In this document: one piece after another, positions 52,151-64,000 of the stretch | Layout: every line of letters starts with the position of its first letter | Position numbering within the stretch: position 1 is the stretch's first letter | NCBI RefSeq assembly: GCF_963921235.1 | Contig: NC_086097.1 | Coordinates: forward strand, 122,328,001 to 122,392,000 | Origin: Mobula hypostoma | Lineage: Eukaryota | Reading direction: 5' to 3' | DNA length: 64,000 nt | Notes under the pieces: generated by a model | Databases searched by the model: none | What the model was told of the DNA's origin: nothing | The model's input: the letters and a program-made list of their open reading frames with translations, nothing else | Made by a program: the position numbers and the translations under genes

Positions 52151-52429
52151 CGGTCTGCTTTATACAATAGAAAAGTGAGGTGATCAAATTAAATGTTTCT
52201 GAGTCTCCAAGAATTCTGGTACCAGAAAAGGCACTGCATATGCTGAACCGGAATCCATTTCCGTGCTAAGACATGTCTCTGCTATCATTTCCTCCAGTCA
52301 CACCACAAAATGCATGTCCACATAAGCAAGAGTAACCTCCTGCTGCTGAACTCACCCAGAACTTTGACACTTGCTGGCCAAAACATTTCCAAAAGCCTTA
52401 GAATATACTTGGCTTATTCCCTCTAATAC

Positions 52430-52750
52430 CACTGTTCCTCCTCCATCTCTCATGGTCCACTCTCCTTTCCTATCAGATTCCTTCTTCTTCAGCCCTACAC
52501 CTTTTCCACCTATCACCTCCCAGCTTCTCTCTTTATACCCCCTCCGCCACTCATGACCTCGCCCCTTTATGGTTTCACCTATCATCTTCTACTTGTACTC
52601 CTTCCCCTCCCCCACAATTCTTATTCTGGCTTCTTTCCCCTTCTGTTCCAGTCCTGATGAAGGGTCTCAGCCAAAACCTCAATTGTTTATTCCTTTCCAT
52701 AGGTGCTGCCTGAATGGCTGAGTTCTTCCTGCATCTTGTGTGTGTTATTC
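52430..52750 (+). mobile_element. Penelope-like terminal repeat with partly decayed hammerhead (52649-52685)
   Basis: CAGTC-CTGATGA-AGGGTCTCAGCC-AAAA; pyrimidine-rich body; standard tail. Confidence 0.8.
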
Positions 52751-54574
52751 TGCATAAAGCTCTATCCTCTTATCATGCATGACCCCATTCTATATTGACT
52801 TTTACCTCCAACATTTAAAGTTGAAAAGTGGATGTGTGCATGTACACACACAGGTCAAGGATGTGCACAAGGATTTTTAATGAATACAGAGAGGTCACAG
52901 TGGTCTTTAAAAAATACAGAGAATATGTTAAGTATTTCAAGAAGAGATGTGAAATATTTGTTGTACTATATAATAAAATATTAAGTATTGTGGGGTTTGT
53001 AAATAGTTAAAGATGAAACAGTAATGAAATATTAAAGAATTCGTGAAGGCTCTTCTCATGATTTTTTAAGTAGTTACAGTTGTCAGCAATGATACCAAAA
53101 ATGTACTAACATTTTACCATTGTTTATAAAAGAAAGGAAGAGACAAACTGAGTAGTTGTGGGTCAAGTGGATTCAGTAATGGGAAAAATGGCTGGAATCG
53201 ATTCTAAGGGACAGAATATACAGAGAATGGGAGGTACCTGGAATGGATTACTAGGGTGGTAGTGCAATCAGACAGTATAGTGGACTTTGTGGCTTTCAGA
53301 TAAACACATGGAGGAATATGGATGATAAACACGAAGATTATTTAGTATAAATTGACATTATGATCAGCACATCGTCCTCTGCTATACTGTTCTATGTTTA
53401 TGACATTTGAGAATGAATGCAAAATCCTTGCTCCAAATATGTTCCTGTTCTCCAAGTGTCATTCATAAAATTTAGTCAAGTCTCACTAACATTTAAACAG
53501 ACAGCATTAAGGTATCATTTGGGATACTGTTACATCTTTCAAGCTGGAAGATGTTATAGAAACATTAAATTGTCATGTCCTTATTTACTCCAAATAATAG
53601 TGGCCTCGTCTCATAGAACATCGAACATTATAGCACAGTATAGGCCAATCAGCCCACAATGTTGTGCCGATCTTTTAACCTACTGTAAGATCAATCTATG
53701 CCTTCTCTCCTAAATACTCCTCCATTTTTGTACCATTCATGTGCCTATCTAAGTGTTTCTTAAATACCCCTAATGTATCTGTGTCCACCACCATCCCTGG
53801 CAGGGTTTCCATGCACCCACCACTCTTTATGTAAAAAAAATACTTCTGACTTTCCCGCTATACTTTCTTCCAATCACTTTAAAATTAGGCCCCTCTTGTT
53901 AGCCACTTTCGACTTGAGGAAAAGTCTCTGACTATCCACTCAACCTATACCTCTTGTACTCCTCTCCCAAGTCACCTCTCATGCTCCCTCGCTCCAAAAA
54001 GAAAAGCCCCAGCTCGCTCTCCCTATCTTTCAACATATGCAAACCTTATCATCTTAATCAACTCTTGAAAGTGCGAAAAGAAGTTTCTGTGGGACTGAGG
54101 TTTAAAAATAGAATAATGTCAAGCACAGACCCAGTGTAATGATAGTCACCATGAAGGACCATCGATCAAATCAGCTCAGGTAATCCACAGAGAGAAACTG
54201 TGAGGCACTGTCTATTAAGGGAGATATCAAGACACTGTCCAGATTAAAGGCTTACGATGAGTCAGTGCCAAGCAAGATCAACAAATTCTAATTGGTTCAG
54301 CATGATTAATTGATTAAAATTGTTAATAGGTACAAACCCTGGAATTTGCTTTCAGATTCTTTTCAGAAAGGGTTGGCTTGGTACAGTGCAATTGATCCCC
54401 CATCTTGGGCTAATTATCATTCAGCGTGTGCAATCTTTGTGCACGAAGCACTAGTATTTAAATTAGGAGTGATGCGTTTGCTTCAGTCCAGTTACTGCAC
54501 AAAAATAATGATACAATATAAAGATTAATGTCATGAAGGGCTTTTACAGAGGAAGTTCTGATTTTTTTTTCAGG

Positions 54575-56035
54575 TTCGTGGGGATGGTCTCTGTCTCCAC
54601 ATTTCTGGAACATCCGGACAGAGAAGTTACAACATCAAGAAGCTCTTCATTGACTACAGATCAGCACTCAATGTTATCATCCCCTTAAAACTAGTCAATA
54701 AGGTCCAAGTCCTTGATTTCCTCTCTTGCAGACCACAGTCAGTTTGGATTGGTAACATCTTCTCCACAATCTCCATCAGCACAGTTGCATCACAGGGCGG
54801 TGTGATTAGCCCCTGTTCTACTTGTTTTATACTTATGACTGTGAGGCTAAATACAGCTCCAATGCCATACTTAAGTTTACTGATGACACCACTGTTGTTG
54901 GCCGAATCAAAAGTGATGAGGAATTGGCATATAGAAAGAAGAGTGGTGCCATAACAGCAACCCTTTACCCAAAGTCAACAAGACCAAGGAGCTAATTGTT
55001 GACTTCAGGAGAAGGAAACCAGAGGTCCGTCAGCAAGTTTTCTTTGGAGGCTTGGAGGTGGAGAGGGTCAGCAACTTAAATTCCTGGGTGTTATTATCAT
55101 TTCAGAGAACCTGTCCTGCACCCAGCACATTTGTACCTCTTACTTTCTACCGTAGGCCAAATCAAAGGTGGTGACAAATCAGCATATAGGAGGGAGAATG
55201 AAAATCTGGTAGACTGGTACCACAGCAACAACCTCTCACTGAAGGTCAACAAAACCAAAGAACCGATTATTGGAAGAAGTCTGAATTAAATTCCTTGGTG
55301 TTATGATTTCAGAGGATCTGTCCTGGACTTAGCATATAAATGCCTTTACAAAGCAGGCACGGCAGCACCTCTACTTTCTTAGAAGTTTGTGCAGATTTGG
55401 CATGTCATCTAAACTTTTGACAAACTTCTATAGATGCACAGTGGGAGTATCCTGACTAGTTGCAACATGGCCTCGAATGGAGACACCAAAGTCTAAGAAT
55501 GGCCTACAAAAAGTGGTGGATACAGCCCAGTCTATCACAGGCAATGCCCTTCCCACCATTAAGTATGTTTGCATGGAGCATTGCCAAAGGAAAGCAGCAC
55601 CCATCTTCAAGGACCCATACCAACCAGACCAAGCTCACTTCTCACTGCAACCCTCAGGAAGAAGGTATAGAAGCCTTCAATCCCACACAACCAGGTTCAT
55701 GAACAGTTATTTCCCTTGAACCATCAGGCTCCTGAACCAGCATGGATAACTTCACTCTTCTAAACTCTGAACTGATTGCTCAACCTATGGACTCACATTC
55801 AAGGGCTCGATAACTCACAGTATTTTTATCAACTTTTGTTTTTTAAATATGACTTGTTTTTGTATTTGCAGAATTTGTCTCTTTTGCATATTGGTTCTTT
55901 GTCAGTCTTTGTGTGTAGTTTTATCACAGATTCTACTGTATATCTTTGTTCAATGGTGAATGCCTGCAGAAAATGAATCTCAGGGTGGCAATGGTGACAT
56001 ATACACACTCTGATAATAAACTTACTTTGAACTTT
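54575..56035 (+). mobile_element. Two adjacent Rex/Babar RT fragments and 3' tail
   Basis: LFIDYRSA, KFTDDTT; the same segment occurs at ~54900 and ~55155; (ACTTTGA)n tail. Confidence 0.8.
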
Positions 56036-56789
56036 GAGAGACAGGAGTTAGGCGTCAGGCTAGGTTTTAGGGACAGGGATGTGGGAAATTGGAGCAACCT
56101 CCGTTCTATCTTCAAAAGATGATAGCGTGGGTTGAGCAGTTTGAGTCCTGGTTTTTGGGAGTCTGTTATCAGTGAGTCTGGCGTTTGAGGCCTAGAGTCT
56201 GGGCCCTCATCCAGGGTAGTCATTCATCATCATCTGTGAAGTCCTGGGTCAATACCAAAGGTCAAAGCTCAAAGGTTGATCAAAGCTTGAAGGTCTTGAT
56301 CAAATTCTGCAGGATAATCAGAGGTCCAGATCGAAAGCCAAAGATTGATCACTGGTCCGGATCGAAGCCTAAGTGCCAAACTGGGATCCAGATTGAAGCC
56401 TGAAGGATGACTGCAAATCCAAAATTTGGAGGTCTGAAGGCCAGAGGCCCAGGTCTGTGAATCCCTGCAAATCCTTTTGGGAAGTCAGGGCCCAGTGTCC
56501 ACTGGAAGCTGGAAGCCAAAGATATCTTGTCCTGGGATTAGAGGATTGTGTATTTACATGGGTGGGTGGGTGGTAGGGAGGGAAGATCTGGGTTTGTTTG
56601 CCGATGTTGCTTGATATGTTGTGTTTTCTGTTCTGTGTTATTCTGCTGAGCAATATGGGCATGCTATGTTGGCACTGGTAGGTGTGGTGACACTTGCCAG
56701 CTGCCCCCAGCACATCCATTGGTGATTTGTTTGTTAAAGCAAATGACATATTTCACTATATTTTTTGATGTACATGTGATAATACATGT

Positions 56790-57250
56790 GCTGCTGGGTC
56801 TGGAGGACCCGACTAATACAGTAAGATTGAATAAGTTAGGATTTTATTCCTTTGAACGTAGAAGATTGAGAGAAGATTTAATACAGGTATACAAAATTAT
56901 GAGGAATGTCGCTAGGGTATATACAAGCAAACTTTTGCCACTGAGGTTGGGTGGGATTACAATTATAAGTTAAGAGTTAAGGCTGAAAGTTGAAAAGTTT
57001 AAGGGGAACAAGAGGGGAAACTTCTTCACTCAGAGGTTTGTGAGAGTGCAGAATGAGCTGCCAGCGCAAGTTGTGTATGTGACCTCGATTTCAATGTTTA
57101 AGAGAAGTTTCTAGGGGTACATGGATGGAAAGCGTATGGAGGGTTATGGTCCAGGTGTAAGTCGATCAGGCTAGGCAGCTTAAATGGATCGGCATGGACT
57201 AGATGGGTCGAAGGGCCTGTTTCTATGCAGTATTTTTCTATGACTCTATT
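56790..57250 (+). mobile_element. CR1 3' fragment
   Basis: RLNKLGFYSFERRRLREDLIQVYKIM; tail TCTATGACTCTAT. Confidence 0.85.
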
Positions 57251-58584
57251 TCATGGTTTTAGTTTGCTCCTCCTCTAACTGCCCCATTAATCCATTGACC
57301 AGGCGACCTCCATAACTCATCCCCTGACCTAACAATGTAGAAATTCCTGTTATCTTGCTCATCCTGCCCACAATTTCTCTGCAACATCTTATGCTTCCCA
57401 GTTGTGTCAAATGGTCTTCCACCTCAAAGACCATCTCCACTTCCCTTTAGGCAGATCCTGCCTGGGATATTTCAACACATCTCTATCCACTAGTTCTTGG
57501 ACATTCCACATCTCCTATACTCTGTTTTTTGCACCGAAAAAACAAGTTTCATGACATACGCCATCGATAATAAAGCTGATTCTGATTCTGATTCATCTAG
57601 TTTATGCACCATGCAGAAGTGTGGCATTTGTCTTCATACCACAGGAACAGACCTTGCTTCACTTCTTCAGGACAGGACTTGTGCTGTGCTCTATTGTGTT
57701 CTGTCTTGTCCTGCTGAGCATCGTGGGTATGCTATTTTTGAACTGGAATGAATGTGAGGCAGCACTCGCAGGCTGACCTCACCATATTGTTGGGTTATGT
57801 TGGTTGTTAACACAAATAACACATTTCACTGAACATGTGATAAATAAATGAATCTATATCTGAATAGACATTGAGTCACAGATAGATTTCCAGGCACAGA
57901 AAGGAATCATGGGCTGTGGAAAAAGAGGTGCTGATAGTCGACACCAGGCATGATATTCTGGAATTGTAGAGCTTACTCAAATGGGCAAGTGGCCCACTCC
58001 AGATACACTTTAAATGTGACAGGTTTATGCTTCAGCTGAAGTTCACTTCAGTTAGCTGTTACCAAGGAGTCTGGTTGTAGGTGGCTAACATCGAATAATC
58101 CAACACAGCAATGGGCCCCATGTCTTCACTGATCATTGATCATGATGTCAATACAACTAACTCCATACTTCTGCATGTGCAATATCTCCCTCTATTCCTT
58201 GTCTGCCTAGGTGTCTTTCTCTTTAGTGTTTCTGTTGTATCTGTTTCTATAACCTCTCTTGTCAGCACATCTCGAGCATTTGCCAGTGTGTTAAAAAAAA
58301 CTCATTTCCCACATCTTCTTTAAACTTTCCCTCTCTTATGCCCTCTAACATTCAACATTTCCACCCCCGAAAAAGACTATCTAACTCTTCTGTGTCTCTC
58401 AAAAGAATGTATACACATTTTCAGGTTGTCCCTCACCTTTTGACACCCCAGCACAAACAGTCCAAGTTTGTCTGATCTCTTATAGAGTACTCTCCAATCC
58501 AGGCAATATCCTGGTGAATTTCTTTACACCCTTTCCAAAGCCTCCTTGTCCTTCACAAAATGTGGCAATGGAAGCATTCTCCTT

Positions 58585-58756
58585 CAATGGCATTCGAGAC
58601 AAAAACATCATCACCCTCATCCTCCCACAATGGCATCCAAACCAAAAATATCATCTCCCTCACCCTCCTGCAATGGCATCCAAGTCAAAAACATAATCTC
58701 CCTCATCCTGCTACAATGGCATCCAAGTCAAACACATAATCTCCTTCATCTTGCTT
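58585..58756. repeat. 43-bp tandem repeat, 4 copies
   Basis: CAATGGCAT starts at 58585, 58628, 58671 and 58714. Confidence 0.95.
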
Positions 58757-60817
58757 ATGATGCTTCACTGATGGAAATTTTTTCCATGTCTATCACTACA
58801 GGGCAAGGTTGGTGTTTCAGTGCAATCTTCCTGTAGTATCATTACAAGTCAACTCAGACATCACTATCCAGCTGTTGCCTGGAATAATTTATATTCCATT
58901 TTTTCATCTTACAAAATGCCATCGTGAGACATCTAGCAGGAGTCATTCTTTCTGAAGGCTGAATGATTTTGAAAGTTGCAGTTGACACATTCAAATAAAG
59001 ATGACTGAAATGAGCCACAAAGATGTTTCCAGAAAAGGTGAAAGCTGTATAGATTTGGCTGACATTTTAATGGATACTCCTTTATCAGGGAAATAGCAAA
59101 GGTGGATACTTTCCACCAAGCATTGATCATCTCCTCTTCTTCTACCCATTTTCTGATTCTTTTTTATCAGACCCCTCCCACAGATGAGTAAGAAGATTCT
59201 TCTTCCTGTTTGTGATCTCTCGCACTTGTTATGGATCATCTTTATCACCTTCAGTGGGTTTTGAGACGCTCCGGAAACACTAAGAAATGTCACTACACAT
59301 TCCAGCGCCATGTTCACATGCTCACCGTGTTCACAGAACAACAGAAGCAGCAACAAAAGAACAACAGCAACAAAACAACAACAGCATAACAAGCCCCGTT
59401 CCTCCCTCCCACGCACACACACAGACAGTCCTCCAACACCAGGACAGGCCATCTCTGGCCTCCATCGCAGATTCACACATACTGTGCCTTTGACATCCCC
59501 AGTGGACTCTCATATGCAGGGCTCCAGCCATCACAGTGGCATAACCATTATTTAAACTTCAGCCTAGCCAGAAGTAGATTGTGCTGGCAATCATTCTGAG
59601 GTGAAGTTGAGGCCACTGTGAGAGTGGATCAGGTACTCTCATGCAAAATTCACATTAGCAGCTCCCGACCACTTCTCAATGTCAAGTGCACCCTAATGAT
59701 GTCATTATTTCAGTCATATCCATAATGACACAAATTTGAGAAGAAACCAGCACACTGCAAACAGCCTCAGTAAAACAGGGAGCAATTTGTTACATTTCTT
59801 GCTTTAGTACATACAGCTGACTTCACTAAACTGACCAAGGAACTGTACCATCTTTTTAAGTCAATTGTACAACTGAGTGAGTCTTTTCTCCAACATGTAG
59901 TTGAGATACCTTCTTTATGTTGCTGCCTCCCTTGCTGAAGGCTTCAAAATAGTGAAGGCAAGCCATTCAGGGCAGGTGGACAACTCCCTAACAGCAGATA
60001 TGTCTGTCAGAAAAAAAGCCTACCACCATGGAATCTTCACATCTTTCTGAGGCTGTCGTCATTGATATGTGGAGAAGGTAATATGACACAACCGAGGTTC
60101 AAGAGCATAGCCAGAAGTCTTCCCAAAGATATCACTGGGGAGGCCATCTTAACTCTCAACTTCTCCAGCACAAAATCTTCTCTCATGCTCTACCAGATCC
60201 CTATCATATCTCAGTGGTCAAGCCGTGTTTTTGCTAGGAGACAGTTTCATCTGGTTTGATTTCAGCAAAGTTTTGGTGGCACTGAGATTTGACCATAAAA
60301 CGTTAAAACATAGAAGCAGAATTAGACTATTCGGCCCATTGAGCCTGTTCCACCATTCCATCATGGCTGATTGATCATGCCCCTCCGCCCCACTCTCCTG
60401 CCTTCCCACAAGTGCAGGCGTTAAATAATTTTCTTCCAGGTCTTATTAATGCATCACCAACCTTCATCGAAAATGCGAACCTTCAATTTTAATTTCTTCC
60501 GAGTACATTTAGACTGGAAGGTGACTGTTTAAATTTGTTCTTTCTACCCTTCCCGCCTCCAGCAGCACTGGAGAGCTACAGTGGTACAGTTAGCTGCTTC
60601 TCTGCTCACGGCAATCAGCCCAACCTCTTAGCTTCTGAAGAATGGGAAAAAGAAAAATCACACACAATACGTTAGAGGCATTTAAGAAACTCTTAAGGAA
60701 AATGATGATAGAAAAATGAAGGGCTATGTGAGAGGGAAGGGTTAGGTTGATCTTAGAGTAGGTTAAAATGTCAGCACCACATCAAGGCCCTGGACTTTGC
60801 TGCAACGTTCTACTTAT

Positions 60818-61144
60818 CGTCGTGGCTATCCCTCAAGGTCGAGGATGATGGTCTTCGTTCTGTTGATCTACTTATGGGCTCTCAAGTGGCTTATGAGTCC
60901 AATCTTGGCTCTGAAAGTTCTTCCGCATTCAGGACAGGTAGTTCCAGATGGCAGATCGGGCTTTGGTTGTTGCTGCCTCTCTTTCCATTTTCTTCTCTTT
61001 TCTTCTAATTCTGCACATCTGTTGGCTTCAAAAGTAGCTGTTCCTTCTCGGATGATGGCTTGCCAGAGTTTCCTGTCCTTGGCATTGGTTTCCCAATTAT
61101 TGATGTCAATGTTACATTTCTTCATGTTGGCTTTTAAGACGTCT
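60818..61144 (-). mobile_element. RTE-clade LINE 3' fragment with C-terminal C2H2 finger
   Basis: WETNAKDRKLW..CPECGRTFRAKIGLISHLRAH; flanks GTTCTACTTAT / GTTCTATTTAT (probable TSD). Confidence 0.85.
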
Positions 61145-61642
61145 GTTCTATTTATATAAAAGTGCTGGTATATCAAATTACATTTATGATTGTGATCGGA
61201 TTATTCCCAACCATTAATCCTACTCCTGTTAAGCCAGAGATGACACTTGATCTCAAAGGGATAGCTTTTTTTTAAATTATTTAATGCATTGCCAGGTCAT
61301 TAATCTGATATTTTAGATCAAGCCATCAGTTAACAAATCTGCCCAGCTGCCACTTGGAATGACACAGGACTTCAGAGGGTTAATCACTTCTGATGATATT
61401 TTTGAACACAAACTGTGGTATGCATGATATTTCAATGAAGTTCTAAAAAAAGTCAAGGTATCGCCAAAGTAGAATTCACAATCATTTCACTCAATGTTTA
61501 AGAAATGTACAAAGAAATTTCAGCCAGTACAGTGAAATGAACTCTTATCTTCCAAGGCGTTATGCCAAATTAAGCCCAAAGCACGAGAATAAAAGTCATT
61601 TTCTCAAAACCTTCCAGAAGATAAATAGAACACAAGACAAGA

Positions 61643-62448
61643 GCATAGAACATAGAAATCCACAGCACGTTACAGGCCCTTCAGCCCATAATGTTGTGCT
61701 GACTATGTAACCTGCTCTAGAAGCTGCCTAGAATTTCCCTACTGCATAGTCCTCTATTTTTCTAAGCTCCATGTACCTATCTAAAAGTCTCTTAAAAAGC
61801 CCTATTGTATCCGCCTCTATCACTGTCGCAGGCAGTACATTCCATGCACCCACCACTCTGTGTGTGAAAGACTTACCTCTGACATCTCCCTTGTACCTAC
61901 TTCCAAGCACCTTAAAACTATGCCCCCTCGTGTTAGCCATTTCAGCCCTGGGAAGGAGCCTCTGGCTATCCACATGATTAATGCCTCTCATCATCTTATA
62001 CACCTCTATCAGGTCACCTCTCATCCTCCTTTGCTGCAAGGAGAAAAGGCAAGTTCATTCAACCTATTCTCATAAGGTACGCCCTCCAATCCAGGCAAAA
62101 TCTTTGTAAATCTCTTCATCACTCTCTATACAGTATCCACATCCTTCCTGTAGTGATGTGACCAGAACTGAACACAATATTCCAAGTGGGGTCTAACTAA
62201 GGTCTTATATATCTTTAACATTACCTAACAGCTCTTAAACACAATCCTACGGCTGATGAAGGCCATCACACTATACGCCTCCTTAACAACATTGTCAACC
62301 TGTGTAGTAGCTTTAGGTGTCCTATGGACATGGCCCCAAGATCTCGCTGATCCTCCACACTGCCAAGAGTCTTACCATTAATATTATACTCTGTCATTAG
62401 ATTTGACCTACCGAAATGAACCACTTTACACTTATTTGGGTTTAACTT
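61643..62448 (-). mobile_element. CR1 3' fragment (same family as 29030)
   Basis: RRMRGDLIEVYKMMRG..NTRGHSFKVLG; (TTCTATG) tail. Confidence 0.9.
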
Positions 62449-62578
62449 AAGACTAATTTAAAATTCAGACAATCTTTGCATAGAAATTTCCTTCATGTAA
62501 CATACAGTCCAAATTATGTTGACGTGTCTCAGTGCTCAGAACTCTTATTCATTAGTCCAACAATCTAACAATCTTTTA

Positions 62579-62820
62579 GCAACATACATCAAAGTTGCTG
62601 GTGAACGCAGCAGGCCAGGCAGCATCTATAGGAAGAGGCGCAGTCGACGTTTCAGGCCGAGACCCTTCGTCAGGACTAACTGAAGGAAGAGTTTTCTTCT
62701 CGGCCTGAAACATCGACTGCGCCTCTTCCTATAGATGCTGCCTGGCCTGCTGCGTTCACCAGCAACTTTGATGTATGTTGCTTGAATTTCCAGCATCTGC
62801 AGAATTCCTGTTGTTTGCGT
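62579..62820. mobile_element. Young Penelope-like fold-back insertion
   Basis: 84-bp inverted arms 62579-62662 / 62698-62781 with one mismatch; TSD AACAATCTTTTA at 62567-62578 and 62821-62832. Confidence 0.9.
62641..62678 (-). ncRNA. Minimal type-I hammerhead ribozyme motif (intact core)
   Basis: Identical 38-mer to 41675-41712. Confidence 0.75.
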
Positions 62821-63172
62821 AACAATCTTTTAATCTGGATTTGTTAAACAGTGTTTGGAGTGGAGCATGATATAGAATAATTAATCTATTTATACTGTGG
62901 TAAAAGCTCTCTAGTAATAATATGACAAGGGTTGAGGAATTGAAGAATAGGGTACAATAAGAATTTAATGCAGAAGAAAGTAATTATAATTTTTCCACAT
63001 TTTGTAGAGATACAGCAGGGTAACAGGTCCTTCTAGCTAAACAAGCCTGTACTGTTCCATCACATCCATGCAACCAATTAAACTACCAATCCTTACTTTT
63101 GTGGAATGCAGGAGGAAACCAGAGCACCTGGAGGAAACTCACATGGTCACTGGGAGAATTTACAAACTCCTA

Positions 63173-64000
63173 ATGGCTTTGTGGCCAAGTTTGCAGATGA
63201 TACGAAGATAGGTGGAGGGGCTGTCAAGGTTGAGGAAGCAGGTTACCTGCAGAAAGATTTAGATAGATTGGGGGAAAGGACAAAGAAGTGGCAGATAGAA
63301 TATAATGCAGGGAAGTACTTGATCATGGACTCTATTACAAATGGTCAGAAAATTCAAAAATCAGAGATTCAGAGGGACTTGGGAATCCTCATGCAAGATT
63401 CCCTAAAGGTTAACTTGCAGATTGAGTCAGCGGTAAGGAAGGCAAATGCAATGTTAGCATTCATTCCGAAAGGACTAGAATGCAAAAACAAGGATGTAAT
63501 GCATTATACTACTTTATAAGGCATTGGTCAAACAGCAGTTGGAGTATTGTGAGCAGCTTGGGCCCCTTATCGAAGAAACAATGTGCTGGCATTGGAGAGA
63601 GCTGAGAGGAGGTTCACGAGAAAGATCCTAAGAAGGAAAGGGTTAACATTTGAGGAGCTTTCGATGGCTCTGGGCCTGTATTCACTGGAGTTTAGGAGAA
63701 TGAGATGAACCTCATTGAGACCTATTAAATATTGAAAGATCTAGATAGAGTGGATGTAGAGGGGGTGTTCCCTATAGTGGGTGAGTCTAGAACTAGAGGG
63801 CATGTCTCAGATTTGAGAGATTTACACTTTGAACAGAGATGAGAAAATATTTCTTGAGCCAGAGGGTAGTGAATCTGAGGAATTCTTTGCCACAGACAGC
63901 TGTGAAGGCCAAATCATTGGGTATATTTAAAGTGGAGGTTGATAGGTTCTTGATTAATTATAGTTTCAAAAGTTCTAGGGAGAAGGCAGGAGAATAGGGT
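63173..64000 (+). mobile_element. CR1 RT/3' fragment, running off the window
   Basis: GFVAKFADDTKIGGGA..LQKDLDRL; collinear with 16952-17780. Confidence 0.92.

Noticed and set aside
58585..58756. CRISPR-like periodicity
   Set aside because: No unique spacers, eukaryotic context, no cas genes
60440..60520. Possible 81-nt plus-strand exon (TTTTCTTCCAG|...AAG|GTGACT)
   Set aside because: Weak donor and unrecognisable peptide
60868..61176. C2H2 zinc-finger gene
   Set aside because: It is the C-terminus of an RTE LINE ORF, with tail and probable TSD

Overview
Repeat-dominated, gene-poor vertebrate DNA, either intergenic or a long intron. The repeat mix (CR1 LINEs, Rex/Babar LINEs, HE1-like V-SINEs, Penelope-type repeats, Tc1, Tigger, hAT, Gypsy, RTE) suggests a cartilaginous fish, probably a ray; this is an inference. 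No host protein-coding exon could be supported. Main contents: (1) a near full-length CR1 LINE (~13375-17888). It has a duplicated 5' promoter-like module, an intact zinc-finger/coiled-coil/SGNH-esterase ORF1, and a lightly damaged APE-RT ORF2. ORF1 ends in an in-register T_TTA_AAC slippery heptamer directly before its stop, a candidate -1 ribosomal frameshift into ORF2. (2) About ten Penelope-like terminal repeats, most retaining all or part of a minimal type-I hammerhead ribozyme motif; two copies are intact and identical, and many are inserted as fold-back structures. (3) An internally deleted Tigger with an almost continuous reading frame. (4) Solo LTRs with clear TSDs, nested insertions, a G4/Z-DNA-prone minisatellite, a 43-bp tandem repeat, a local templated duplication, and repeat-free TAAT-rich islands that may be conserved non-coding elements. 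Family names come from motif recognition by eye, not database searches.
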